DNA of 64,000 nt from an uncultured Gammaproteobacteria bacterium (GTDB taxonomy: Bacteria > Pseudomonadota > Gammaproteobacteria > UBA9214): assembly GCA_963748215.1 (NCBI GenBank), contig CAVVHS010000006.1:160001-224000 (forward strand), written 5' to 3'. The notes beneath the pieces are model-generated. The model was not told where the DNA came from. It made no database searches and saw only the letters and a list, made by a program, of their open reading frames with translations. The translations under genes were made by a program, and so were the position numbers. Below, one piece after another: positions 9,394-19,025 of this stretch (position 1 is the first letter of the stretch; the number at the start of each line of letters is the position of its first letter).

Positions 9394-11208
9394 ATGCCGG
9401 AAATGCACAGCCGCAGTCAGCTTGCACGGGCATGGCGTCAGACCGGGATGCTGCTGCTCGCTGCTGCAATCCTGCTGGCGGCAGCGCCGTCATGGGCTGC
9501 GGACGAGGCGGCGCTGGAAATGAACTGGGGCGGCATGGCCATGAACCTGCTGGGGGGGCTGGCGCTGTTCCTGTTCGGCATGGAACAGATGGCCGATGCC
9601 CTCAAGGCCGTCGCCGGCGAGCGCATGAAGATCGTGCTGGCCCGGTTGACCACCAACCGTTTCATGGGCGCGCTGACCGGCGCCTTCGTCACCGCGATCA
9701 TCCAGTCCTCGTCGGTCACCACGGTGCTGGTCGTCGGTTTCATCTCGGCCGGACTGATGTCCATGGCCCAGTCCATCGGCGTCATCATGGGCGCCAACAT
9801 CGGCACCACCATCACCGCCCAGATCGTTGCCTTCAAGGTTACCAAGGCCGCGCTGCTGATGGTTGCCGCCGGTTTCGCCATGCTGTTCTTCTCCTCCAAT
9901 GACAAGATCAAGCACTACGGCGGCATGCTCATGGGGCTGGGTCTGATCTTTTTCGGCATGAGCGTGATGAGCGACGCCATGTACCCGTTGCGCGCCTACC
10001 AGCCGTTCCTGGACCTGATGACGCAGATGGCGAACCCGTTGATCGGCATCCTGGTCGCGGCCCTGTTCACCGCCCTGGTGCAGTCGTCCTCGGCCACCAC
10101 GGGTATCGTCATCGTCATGGCCAGCCAGGGCTTCATCACGCTGCCCGCGGGTATCGCGCTGGCCTTCGGTGCCAACATCGGCACCTGCGTGACGGCGATG
10201 CTGGCCGCGATCGGCAAGCCCCGGGAAGCGGTCCGCGCCGCTGTCGTGCACGTACTGTTCAATGTCTTCGGCGTGCTGGCCTGGGTCGGCCTGATCGGCT
10301 GGCTGGCGGAGTTCGTCACCGCCATCTCGCCGGCCCATCCGGAACTGTCGGGAACCGCGCGCCTGGCCGCCGACACGCCGCGGCAGATCGCCAATGCGCA
10401 CACCTTCTTCAATATCGCGAATACCTTGCTGTTCATCGGTTTCACCGGCCAGCTGGCGCGGCTGGTCGAATGGCTGGTTCCGGACAAGCCGCTCGTGGAG
10501 GGGGCTGTTGCCGAGCCGCGCTACCTCGATGATTCGCTGTTCGAGACGCCATCGATCGCGCTCGACCGGGTGCGCCTGGAGATCGGTCATATCGGGGACC
10601 GGGTGCGGGACATGCTGGACCAGATCATGCCGGCGATCCTCGGCGGTGACCGTTCCGCGCTGCGCGACGTGGCCAGGATCGATGATGATGTCGATGTCCT
10701 GCACGGACATGTCGTCACCTACCTGGGGAAGATCAGTCGCAAGGAACTGACCGAAGACCAGACGCATCAATTCGTCAACCTGATGGCGGCTGCCAATGAC
10801 CTGGAGAACATCGGGGACGTGGTAGAAACCGACCTCGTACACCTGGGTAACCAGCGCATCAGTGAAGGGGTTTCGATCAGCCCGTCGACGCGGCAGGTGC
10901 TGACCGAGGTGCACAAGGCGGTTACGGCGGCGACGGACCTGGCAATCAGGGCCGTTGCCGAAAACAACCCGGATGCGGCACGCGAGGTGATCGGCATGAA
11001 AGAGGCTATCGGTGAGCTGGCGCAATCCGCGGCCATGCACCAGATCAAGCGCCTGGTCGCTGAAGAGCCGAACCGGCTCGCGGCCTACACTATCGAGATG
11101 GACATTATCGAGAAACTGAAGCGCACCTACTACTTCGCCAAGCGCATGGCGAAAACCCTCGACGTAGCGGTCGAGGAGCGCGCGGAGGAGGCGGAGGCGG
11201 CCGCCTGA
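9394..11208 (+). CDS. Na+/Pi cotransporter family protein with C-terminal PhoU domain
   Basis: GGLALFLFGM, QSSSVTT, GANIGTT, second QSSSATT/GANIGTC repeat; C-terminal DLENIGD PhoU-like bundle. Confidence 0.92.
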   Translation: MPEMHSRSQLARAWRQTGMLLLAAAILLAAAPSWAADEAALEMNWGGMAMNLLGGLALFLFGMEQMADALKAVAGERMKIVLARLTTNRFMGALTGAFVTAIIQSSSVTTVLVVGFISAGLMSMAQSIGVIMGANIGTTITAQIVAFKVTKAALLMVAAGFAMLFFSSNDKIKHYGGMLMGLGLIFFGMSVMSDAMYPLRAYQPFLDLMTQMANPLIGILVAALFTALVQSSSATTGIVIVMASQGFITLPAGIALAFGANIGTCVTAMLAAIGKPREAVRAAVVHVLFNVFGVLAWVGLIGWLAEFVTAISPAHPELSGTARLAADTPRQIANAHTFFNIANTLLFIGFTGQLARLVEWLVPDKPLVEGAVAEPRYLDDSLFETPSIALDRVRLEIGHIGDRVRDMLDQIMPAILGGDRSALRDVARIDDDVDVLHGHVVTYLGKISRKELTEDQTHQFVNLMAAANDLENIGDVVETDLVHLGNQRISEGVSISPSTRQVLTEVHKAVTAATDLAIRAVAENNPDAAREVIGMKEAIGELAQSAAMHQIKRLVAEEPNRLAAYTIEMDIIEKLKRTYYFAKRMAKTLDVAVEERAEEAEAAA

Positions 11209-11211
11209 ACG

Positions 11212-12492
11212 TCATGTGCCGGATTGCGGCGGCGGGTTATCCGCCGGCGCGGCAGTCTCGTCCCCGGCGATCCGCCTGATGCTGACCTGCTCGATGCGGC
11301 GCGGGGTGGCCGAACGTATCGTGACCTCGAGTCCATCGATCATGAACCTGTCGTCCGGGGCCGGAATGTTCTCGGAATGGGTCAATATCCAGAGATTCAC
11401 CCGGTCTGTCGGTTTTCCCGGCAGCTCGATCCCGAAATAGTCCTCGACCACCCGCAACTCGGTGGCACCCTGTACCAGCAGTTCGTTTACCGAGACGCCG
11501 GTTGTGCCGGCGGGCCCCTCGTCGCTTTCGTCGTAGATCTCTCCGACCAGTTCCTCCATCAGGTCTTCCAGTGTGACCAGCCCCCTGACCACGCCATGCT
11601 CGTCGACGACGATGGCGAAAATCTGTTTGCTGCGCCGGAATTTCGCGAACAGCTCGTCGATCGGCTCATACTGTTGTGCGAACAGCGGCTCATGAGCCAG
11701 GTCGCGCAGCGAGGCATCGAGCAGGCCCTTGTCGATCGCGCCCAGCAGATCGCGCAGGTGCAATACCTTGTACAGCCGGTCCCGGTGCTGTTCGTAGATA
11801 GGAATACGGGAATAGGGCGCCTCCACCACTGCCGACAGCACATCACGAACGGTCTGGCTGCCTTCCAGCGAAAAGACCGCGGTAAGCGGCGTCATCACGT
11901 CACGTACCTTCAGGTCGTTGAAAGCGAATACGCGCTCGATCAGCTCGCGTTCGCTGTGTTCGATGGTGCCTTCCCGTTCCCCGTGCTGCAGCATGCTGAT
12001 GAATTCCGATTCGGTCACGATCGGATCCCCTTCGTGGCTGCTCATGCCGTGGATCCAGGTTGTGAACCTGCCAAAAATCCATACCAGCGGGTAGATCAGG
12101 CGCATGAATCCCAGCAGTGGCACGGCGATAAACAGTGAAACCCGCTCGGAGTAGCGCGTGGCGAGGCTTTTCGGCGTGATCTCGCCGAATACCAGCACCA
12201 GCACGGTCAGTACCCCGACCGCCACGCCGGGGCCGGCGCTGCCGAGCCAGCGCGTGGCCACCACGGTAGCCAGTACGGAGGCTGCGATGTTGACGAGATT
12301 GTTACCGATCAGGATAGTGGTCAGCATGCGAGAGGGGTCTTTTTTCAACCGGTACAGCGCAGCCGCGCCGCGCCGGCCTTCACGGACCAGGCCCTCGACC
12401 CGCCCGATGGACAGGCTCACCAGGGCCGTTTCGGAACCCGAAAAGACGCCCGACAGGATCAGCAGTAATAACAGGGCGAGCGGTTCAGCCAT
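11212..12492 (-). CDS. CNNM/HlyC/CorC family (DUF21-CBS-CorC) Mg2+ transporter-like protein
   Basis: FSGSETA, ILIGNNLVNI, FGEITPKS, YSRIP, VVDEHG..GLVTLEDLMEELVGEIYDE. Confidence 0.9.
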   Translation of the reverse strand: MAEPLALLLLLILSGVFSGSETALVSLSIGRVEGLVREGRRGAAALYRLKKDPSRMLTTILIGNNLVNIAASVLATVVATRWLGSAGPGVAVGVLTVLVLVFGEITPKSLATRYSERVSLFIAVPLLGFMRLIYPLVWIFGRFTTWIHGMSSHEGDPIVTESEFISMLQHGEREGTIEHSERELIERVFAFNDLKVRDVMTPLTAVFSLEGSQTVRDVLSAVVEAPYSRIPIYEQHRDRLYKVLHLRDLLGAIDKGLLDASLRDLAHEPLFAQQYEPIDELFAKFRRSKQIFAIVVDEHGVVRGLVTLEDLMEELVGEIYDESDEGPAGTTGVSVNELLVQGATELRVVEDYFGIELPGKPTDRVNLWILTHSENIPAPDDRFMIDGLEVTIRSATPRRIEQVSIRRIAGDETAAPADNPPPQSGT

Positions 12493-12719
12493 GCATAAGA
12501 TCTCTTGTGTCCGGTAGCAATTGAAATGATCGCCGGTTTTTTATCATCACCGGTAATGATTCTCGTTCAGTTGACGTAGATCATATCCAGTACGCTGACA
12601 GATGCAGTAGTTTACTACCGAATAAATATGCAACCATCTGTATTTTTTCTATAAATGAGCGTCGGTCCCGGTGGAGCTATCAGTGCCGGACGGATTTCAT
12701 TAAGCCACCCGGAGGAATT

Positions 12720-13592
12720 ATGCTTCACAAATCCTGTTTCATCGCACTGCTGGCCGGTACCTTGCTGGTTGGGACGGCCGCACAGGCACGCACCGAAATC
12801 CAGAACAAGGGCTCGGATACGCTGGTCAATGTGGCCCAGGCGTGGGCGGAAGCCTACCAGAAGGTCGACCCCGACGTGGCGATTGCGGTATCCGGCGGCG
12901 GTTCCGGAACGGGCATCGCCGCCCTCATCAACGGCACGGTGGATATTGCCAATGCCAGCCGCCAGATGAAAGACAAGGAGATGAAACTGGCCGAAGAGCA
13001 TGGCCACAAGCCGGTGGAGTTTATCGTGGGCTACGACGCACTGGCCGTATTCATCAACAATGCCAACCCGATCACCAAACTGTCCATCGCGCAGCTGCAA
13101 GAGATCTTCGGTCGTGGTGGCAAGACGACGAAGTGGACGGATATCGGTGTCACCGTGCCGGGCTGCAAGGACCAGGAGATTATCGTGGTCAGCCGGCAAA
13201 ACAATTCCGGCACCTATGCCTACTTCAAGGATGCCGTACTGGGCAAGAAGGGGAAATACCGCCAGGGCACCCTGGACATGCACGGTTCCAAGGACGTTGT
13301 CGACCTGGTCGAGAAAACGCCCTGTGCGATCGGCTACAGTGGCCTGGCCTACGCCACCGAGCACCTGAAGATGGTCTGCATAGAAAGCGGTGAGGATGGC
13401 AGCTGTGTGAATCCGAGCGTGGAAACGGCCAGTGACAACACCTACCCCATTGCACGGCCGCTGTTCATGTATACCAGTGGTGAACCGGCCGGTGCGGTCA
13501 AGACCTATCTTGACTGGATATTCAGTGACGAGGGTCAGTGCATCATCAGCAACAAGGGCTATGCGCCGGTGAAGAAGGTCACTTGCCAGTAA
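12720..13592 (+). CDS. pstS: Phosphate ABC transporter substrate-binding protein
   Basis: Signal peptide; KGSDT, GGGSGTGI, DIANASR, SRQNNSGT, YPIARPLFMY. Confidence 0.92.
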   Translation: MLHKSCFIALLAGTLLVGTAAQARTEIQNKGSDTLVNVAQAWAEAYQKVDPDVAIAVSGGGSGTGIAALINGTVDIANASRQMKDKEMKLAEEHGHKPVEFIVGYDALAVFINNANPITKLSIAQLQEIFGRGGKTTKWTDIGVTVPGCKDQEIIVVSRQNNSGTYAYFKDAVLGKKGKYRQGTLDMHGSKDVVDLVEKTPCAIGYSGLAYATEHLKMVCIESGEDGSCVNPSVETASDNTYPIARPLFMYTSGEPAGAVKTYLDWIFSDEGQCIISNKGYAPVKKVTCQ

Positions 13593-13710
13593 ACGGCGGC
13601 TGAGTGTGTCACTCGTCAGCTATCCGGCCCCTTTCTGCCTGCGCACTAACCGTGTATTCTCGCGCTGACTGTTTGCATTCTGAACGCGCAACCTGGCGGG
13701 AGTCATTACC

Positions 13711-14793
13711 ATGAGGCATTACGAGGAGCGGCTGGAGCATGACCTGAAGCGGATTCGCGATCGCATCGCGGACATGGCCGGCAGTGTCGAGAAGGCTGTC
13801 GCGAACGCCATTCATGCTTTCCAGACCGGCGAAAGCGAACTGGCCGCCGCGACGATTCTCGGCGATCACCCGATCAACCGCGCCATGCGCGAAATCGACC
13901 GCCTGTGTCATGCCTTTATCGCCGTGCATCTGCCGAGCGGTGCTCACCTGCGGCTGCTGTCTTCGGCGATCCGCGCCAATATCGCACTGGAGCGCATCGG
14001 CGACTACGCGGTCACGATTGCACGCGCATCCGGACAGCTGTCCGCGCCGCCGGGCGGCTTGATGGGACGCGAACTGGAACGTATCGCGACCGAGGCGACG
14101 GTGATGCTCGAGCAGTCCATCAAGGCCTTCAATACCCTGAACGCGGAACAGGCCAGGACAACGATGGTGCTGGAAAAGGAAATGGAGTATGACCTGGAAT
14201 CGGTATACTCGGAGCTGACCGCGAACCCGGATCGGGAGAAGGTCAAGGAATTGCTGGTGGTGTTCGTGGTGCTCACGCACCTGAAACGTGTGGCCGACCA
14301 GGCAAAAAACCTGTGTGAGGAAACCGTGTTCGCCGTCACCGGCGAGGGCAAGGTCCCCAAGGTCTATCACATCCTGTTTCTCGACGAGGACAACAGTTGC
14401 CTGGCCAAAATGGCCGAACTCGTCGCGCGCAAGACCTTCCCGGAAAGCGGCAGCTACAGCAGTTGTGGCAGAAACCCCGCTGCTGCACTCGATCCGAACA
14501 TGGTGCGGTTCCTCGAAAGCCGCGGTTTTGACCTGAGCGACGCAAGCCCCGCGCCGCTGGATCTGACGCACGCGGAACTGGTCGACAAGCATGTCATCGT
14601 GAGCCTGGAGGGGCCGGTCAGAAGCTATATACAGCAGCTTCCGTTCCACACCACGGCCCTGGAATGGAAGACCAGGCCTGTGCCAACCGGCAGTTTCGAG
14701 CAGCAGCCGGAGCCGTGGGAGGCGCTGTACCGGGATGTCGCGACCCGTATACGCGACCTGATTGAAATCCTGCGCGGGCCGGATGCGCCCTGA
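13711..14793 (+). CDS. phoU: PhoU fused to a C-terminal LMW-PTP/ArsC-like domain with a degenerate active site
   Basis: PhoU motifs EID..C, LERIGDYA, LKRVADQA.N; C-terminus HILFLDEDNSCLAKMAE...S.G...W resembles LMW-PTP lacking the nucleophile Cys and Arg. Confidence 0.8.
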   Translation: MRHYEERLEHDLKRIRDRIADMAGSVEKAVANAIHAFQTGESELAAATILGDHPINRAMREIDRLCHAFIAVHLPSGAHLRLLSSAIRANIALERIGDYAVTIARASGQLSAPPGGLMGRELERIATEATVMLEQSIKAFNTLNAEQARTTMVLEKEMEYDLESVYSELTANPDREKVKELLVVFVVLTHLKRVADQAKNLCEETVFAVTGEGKVPKVYHILFLDEDNSCLAKMAELVARKTFPESGSYSSCGRNPAAALDPNMVRFLESRGFDLSDASPAPLDLTHAELVDKHVIVSLEGPVRSYIQQLPFHTTALEWKTRPVPTGSFEQQPEPWEALYRDVATRIRDLIEILRGPDAP

Positions 14794-14809
14794 GAGGGGA
14801 CTGCTCGTG

Positions 14810-15724
14810 ATGGAGACACGCGCGACAGCCAGCTTTGATCGTCGGAACCTCGACTGGTATATCGACAAGTTTGTCCAGGTTGTGGTCTTCATCAGCGGCA
14901 TTTCCGCCATCATCTTCATTATCGGTATCTTTGCCTTCGTCACCAAGGAAGGCATCGGTTTCATACTGGATACCATGGATCCCCGGGAATTTTTCCTGTC
15001 CCAGTACTGGGAGCCCAGTGACGAGGATGCGCCGGAATACGGCATCCTGGCGCTGGTGGCCGGAACCGCCAGTGTTACCGGGCTGGCGCTGCTGGTGGCC
15101 ATTCCGTTTTCGCTCGGCGCGGCCATCTTTATCGGTGAATTCGCATCCGGCAAGACCCGGGAATTTCTGAAAATACTGGTCGAACTGCTGGCCGCGATCC
15201 CGTCGGTGGTGTGGGGCTTCATCGGGCTCACCATCATGAACCCGTTGATCATCAAGACGTTCGATGTGCCGGTCGGTTTGACTGTGCTCAATGCCGGTAT
15301 CATTCTCGGGCTCATGGTGGCGCCGATCATGACCTCGATTGCCGAGGATGCACTCAAGGCGGTGCCCGACCGCTACCGCGAGGCGGCGGAGGCGATGGGC
15401 GCGACCCGCTGGCAGGTCATCTTCAAGGTTGTGCTGCCGGCAGCGAAGAACGGTCTGCTCGGCGCTATCCTGCTGGGCATCGGCCGGGGCTTCGGCGAAA
15501 CCATGGCGGTGCTGATGACAACCGGCCACTCGGTCAACCTGCCGACCAGCGTGTTTGACTCGGTGCGTGCACTGACGGCGACCATTGCCGCCGAGCTCGG
15601 CGAGACAGCGGTCGGTTCCGAGCATTACCAGGTGTTGTTCACGATCGGTATCCTGCTGTTCGTCATTACCTTCGTTATCAACCTCACGGCTGACCTGGTC
15701 GTGCGTGGTATACGCAAGGGATAG
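14810..15724 (+). CDS. pstC: Phosphate ABC transporter permease PstC
   Basis: ELLAAIPSVVWG, EDALKAVP..REAA.AMGATRWQ, GRGFGETMAV. Confidence 0.93.
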   Translation: METRATASFDRRNLDWYIDKFVQVVVFISGISAIIFIIGIFAFVTKEGIGFILDTMDPREFFLSQYWEPSDEDAPEYGILALVAGTASVTGLALLVAIPFSLGAAIFIGEFASGKTREFLKILVELLAAIPSVVWGFIGLTIMNPLIIKTFDVPVGLTVLNAGIILGLMVAPIMTSIAEDALKAVPDRYREAAEAMGATRWQVIFKVVLPAAKNGLLGAILLGIGRGFGETMAVLMTTGHSVNLPTSVFDSVRALTATIAAELGETAVGSEHYQVLFTIGILLFVITFVINLTADLVVRGIRKG

Positions 15725-15729
15725 CCATC

Positions 15730-16599
15730 ATGTTTACCGAAACAGAACTCAACGTCCGTAATAAACGCATCGAACGACTCTTTCGTATCCTGTTCCTGCT
15801 CATGACCGGCCTGCTGATACTGCCGGTACTTATCATCCTGGCCACCCTTGTCTACAAGGGAGGCCCGGTTATCTCCATCGATTTTCTGTTCACCTCGCCG
15901 ACCGACGGCATGACCGCAGGCGGCATCTTTCCGGCGCTGCTGGGCACGGTCTGGCTGGTTGCGGTGGCGCTGCTCGTATCGGTACCGATCGGCGTTGCGG
16001 CCGCTATCTACCTGAACGAATATGCGACCGACAACTGGTTTACCCGCATCATCAACCTCGCCATTATCAACCTGGCAGGCGTGCCCTCCATCGTGCATGC
16101 GCTGTTTGGCGTCGGCGCCTTCGTCATCTTTTTCGGTTTCGGCACCAGCATTCTGGCCGCCAGCCTGACGCTGGCGATCATGACCCTGCCGGTTGTCATC
16201 GTGGCGACCCGTGAATCCCTGCGTTCGGTGCCGATGGCATTTCGCGAGGCCTGCTGGAACATGGGTGCGACCCGCTGGCAGACCATCCGGCGCATCGTGC
16301 TGCCGAATGCCGTCAGCGGTATACTCACCGGCATAATCCTCGAGGTATCGCGTACCGCGGGCGAGACCGCGCCGATCATGTTTACCGGTGCCGTATTTTT
16401 CACCCCCTTCCTGCCACAGAGTGTCTTTGACCAGACCATGGCGCTGTCGCTGCATCTGTTCGTGGTGGCGACCCAGGTGCCGGGCGTACCGGAAAACCTG
16501 CCCTATGGCGTGGCACTGGTGCTGATTTCCATGGTGCTGCTGATGAACAGTCTTTCCATCGGTTTTCGCATGTACCTGCGTGGACGCAAGAAATGGTAA
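15730..16599 (+). CDS. pstA: Phosphate ABC transporter permease PstA
   Basis: AIYLNEY, LAGVPSIV, GATRWQTI, SRTAGETAPI. Confidence 0.93.
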   Translation: MFTETELNVRNKRIERLFRILFLLMTGLLILPVLIILATLVYKGGPVISIDFLFTSPTDGMTAGGIFPALLGTVWLVAVALLVSVPIGVAAAIYLNEYATDNWFTRIINLAIINLAGVPSIVHALFGVGAFVIFFGFGTSILAASLTLAIMTLPVVIVATRESLRSVPMAFREACWNMGATRWQTIRRIVLPNAVSGILTGIILEVSRTAGETAPIMFTGAVFFTPFLPQSVFDQTMALSLHLFVVATQVPGVPENLPYGVALVLISMVLLMNSLSIGFRMYLRGRKKW

Positions 16600-17417
16600 C
16601 CGCAGGCACTCGCGCAACGCCGGCCGCAGGCGGGGCCGAACGGATGGCAGGGGAACCCGTCGCAAGCCCGACGCTCGAGGTCTCGAACCTGAGCATCCGC
16701 TACGGTAATCATGTAGCGCTGCGCGATATCAGTCTCGAGATCCAGAAGAACGAAATCTTCGGCATTATCGGTCCGGCAAATGCAGGCAAGACCTCGTTTC
16801 TGAAGTCGATCAATCGCATGGACATGTTCGATGGCGCCATGCATGTGGACGGGACGGTTCGTTTCAGCGGGGTATCAATCAATCACCTCAGGAATATCTA
16901 TGCCCTGCGCTCGCGTATCGGGGTGGTGTTTCCCTTGCCGGTGGGGCTGCCCCTGACAGTCTACGAAAACGTTGCCCTGGCACCGCGCCTGGCCGGTAAC
17001 AGCAACAAGGCCGACCTCGATGTCATCGTCGAACGCTGCCTGCAGCGCGCCGCGTTGTGGGACGAGGTCAAGGACCGGCTCGATTCGCTCGGCAGCCTGC
17101 TGTCAGGCGGGCAGCAGCAGCGGCTGACCATCGCGCGGGCGCTGTCGCAGGAACCTGAACTGCTGATGCTGGATGAATTCTCGATCGCAGTCGATCCGGT
17201 AACGACCATGCGCATCGAGGATGTGCTCAAGGAACTGAAGCACGAGATGACCATCATACTGGTCACCAACCTGGTGCAGCAGGCGCGCCGGCTGGCCGAC
17301 CGGACCGCGTTTTTCCTGGACGGGGAGTGCGTGGAGATCGGTGTCACGGAGGACCTGTTCGCCGGACAGGTCCAGGACAAGCGTACCCGCGACTACCTGG
17401 AAGGCAGGTTCGGCTGA
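16593..17417 (+). CDS. pstB: Phosphate ABC ATPase copy 1 (intact signature; degenerate Q-loop and H-switch)
   Basis: GPANAGKT, VFPLP, LSGGQQQRL, LMLDEF, VTNLVQQA, TRDYLEGRFG; start uncertain. Confidence 0.85.
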   Translation: MVTAGTRATPAAGGAERMAGEPVASPTLEVSNLSIRYGNHVALRDISLEIQKNEIFGIIGPANAGKTSFLKSINRMDMFDGAMHVDGTVRFSGVSINHLRNIYALRSRIGVVFPLPVGLPLTVYENVALAPRLAGNSNKADLDVIVERCLQRAALWDEVKDRLDSLGSLLSGGQQQRLTIARALSQEPELLMLDEFSIAVDPVTTMRIEDVLKELKHEMTIILVTNLVQQARRLADRTAFFLDGECVEIGVTEDLFAGQVQDKRTRDYLEGRFG

Positions 17418-18196
17418 TGAATGATGCAGCAGGGCAGTACGCCATACAGACACGCAAGCTCAATCTCTGGTACGGGACCTTCCAGGCCCTGTTTGATGTG
17501 GACCTCTCTATCCGGAGCGGCCGGATCACGTCCCTGATCGGGCCATCGGGCTGCGGGAAATCGACCTTCCTGCGCAGCATCAACCGCATCAACGAGCGTC
17601 TCGGTTATGCCCGCATTGAGGGCGCCATCGATGTGCTGGGCCACAACGTCTATGCGCCCGACGTCGAGCTGGTGCAGGTACGCAAGCAGGTCGGCATGGT
17701 GTTCCAGCGTCCCAACCCGCTGCCGATCTCGATCCGGGAGAATGTGCTGTTCGGACACACCCTGCATTCCGGCCAGGGCAAGGGATCGCGCAGTGAGCGC
17801 GATGACATCGTGGAATCGGCACTGAGTCAGGTATTGCTCTGGGACCAGGTCAAGGACCGGCTTGACGACAGGGCCATCGGGCTGTCACTCGAGCAGCAGC
17901 AGAAGCTGTGTATAGCACGCCTGCTGCCGGTCAAGCCCGCCGTATTGCTGATGGATGAACCCTGTTCGGCGCTGGATCCCAAGGGTACCGAGGCAGTGGA
18001 AGAACTGATCTGGGAATTGCGCGGGCAATACACGATCCTGATCGTGACCCACAATATGGCCCAGGCAAGGCGTGCCAGCGAAGAGTGCATCTTCATGCTG
18101 ATGGGCAAGGTCATCGAGCATACCGCGACCGATAAACTGTTCGTGACGCCGAAGTCCAGCGAGACTGCGGATTATATCGAGGGTCGTTACGGCTGA
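17417..18196 (+). CDS. pstB: Phosphate ABC ATPase copy 2 (intact Walker A/B, Q, H; degenerate signature)
   Basis: GPSGCGKST, VFQRPNP, LSLEQQQKL, LMDEPCSALDP, VTHNMAQA, TADYIEGRYG; ATG overlaps upstream TGA. Confidence 0.9.
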   Translation: MNDAAGQYAIQTRKLNLWYGTFQALFDVDLSIRSGRITSLIGPSGCGKSTFLRSINRINERLGYARIEGAIDVLGHNVYAPDVELVQVRKQVGMVFQRPNPLPISIRENVLFGHTLHSGQGKGSRSERDDIVESALSQVLLWDQVKDRLDDRAIGLSLEQQQKLCIARLLPVKPAVLLMDEPCSALDPKGTEAVEELIWELRGQYTILIVTHNMAQARRASEECIFMLMGKVIEHTATDKLFVTPKSSETADYIEGRYG

Positions 18197-18223
18197 CCGG
18201 CAACGGGCCGGCGCGTGCCTCAC

Positions 18224-18811
18224 TCAGGTCAGCCTGTGTTTGTCCTCGTGCCCGATGCTGTCGCGGGGCCACCATTCGGCAGTTGCCGCATCAGCCTCGT
18301 TACCGCCGCCGTCGCCGGCCGGCGCCTTGACGATGGTGACCGGCACGCGGCAGTGCTGCATCACCTCGGTCGATACCGATCCCGCGGCCATGCGCGCCAG
18401 CCCGGTACGCCCATGCGTACCCATCACGATCAATCCGGCCTGTTCACGCACGGCGATTTCCTGGATGCGTGCCGCGGGCAGTCCGCTGACCAGCAGCAGC
18501 TGCGGTTCGATCGACCCGCCGGCATCGTGGCAATCGCCGCATACACCGGCGACGAATTCCCTGAGCATGTCGCGGGCGATGTCCTCGACCGGCCGCAGCG
18601 TCCCCGGCGCACCGTTACTGCGGTAGAACCCCGCTTCGTTGCCCGCTTCGTGGACCACATGCAGTACCAGCATCGGTGCATTGACGCAGCGGATGAGGTT
18701 TGTCGCGAACTGCAGGGCGGCGTGCGAGCAGGATGAAAAATCCACCGGTACCAGGACCGGGTGTGCCGTCGGCGCGGCCGTAGATGATGTGTGTGCTTGC
18801 ATGTCAGTCAC
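18224..18811 (-). CDS. Universal stress protein
   Basis: VLVPVDFSSCS...IVMGTHGRTGLARMAAGSV...PVTIVK; paralogue of 8726..9205. Confidence 0.88.
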   Translation of the reverse strand: MTDMQAHTSSTAAPTAHPVLVPVDFSSCSHAALQFATNLIRCVNAPMLVLHVVHEAGNEAGFYRSNGAPGTLRPVEDIARDMLREFVAGVCGDCHDAGGSIEPQLLLVSGLPAARIQEIAVREQAGLIVMGTHGRTGLARMAAGSVSTEVMQHCRVPVTIVKAPAGDGGGNEADAATAEWWPRDSIGHEDKHRLT

Positions 18812-18888
18812 TCCATGCAGTCTGGCTGTCGGGCCGCTGGCCTGTCAGGAAGGCGCAGCGGATGATAGCGGTACTCTAGCAGCGCAGT

Positions 18889-18917
18889 GTTACGGGAGTG
18901 TTACAGCTGTGTGACAG
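18889..18917 (-). promoter_or_regulatory. Pho-box-like site (three half-sites, 11-bp period) upstream of USP
   Basis: Minus strand CTGTCAC-ACAG-CTGTAAC-ACTC-CCGTAAC followed by TAGAGT (-10-like). Confidence 0.6.
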
Positions 18918-19025
18918 GTCCGGCGGGGCAGGGATACGGTGTGCGTTCAGCTCAGCGGGGCGATGCACAGCGTGCACGCTGCGGAATGCAGGTGCGGCAA
19001 GATGCGTTCCACGCACCGGGCAGTG

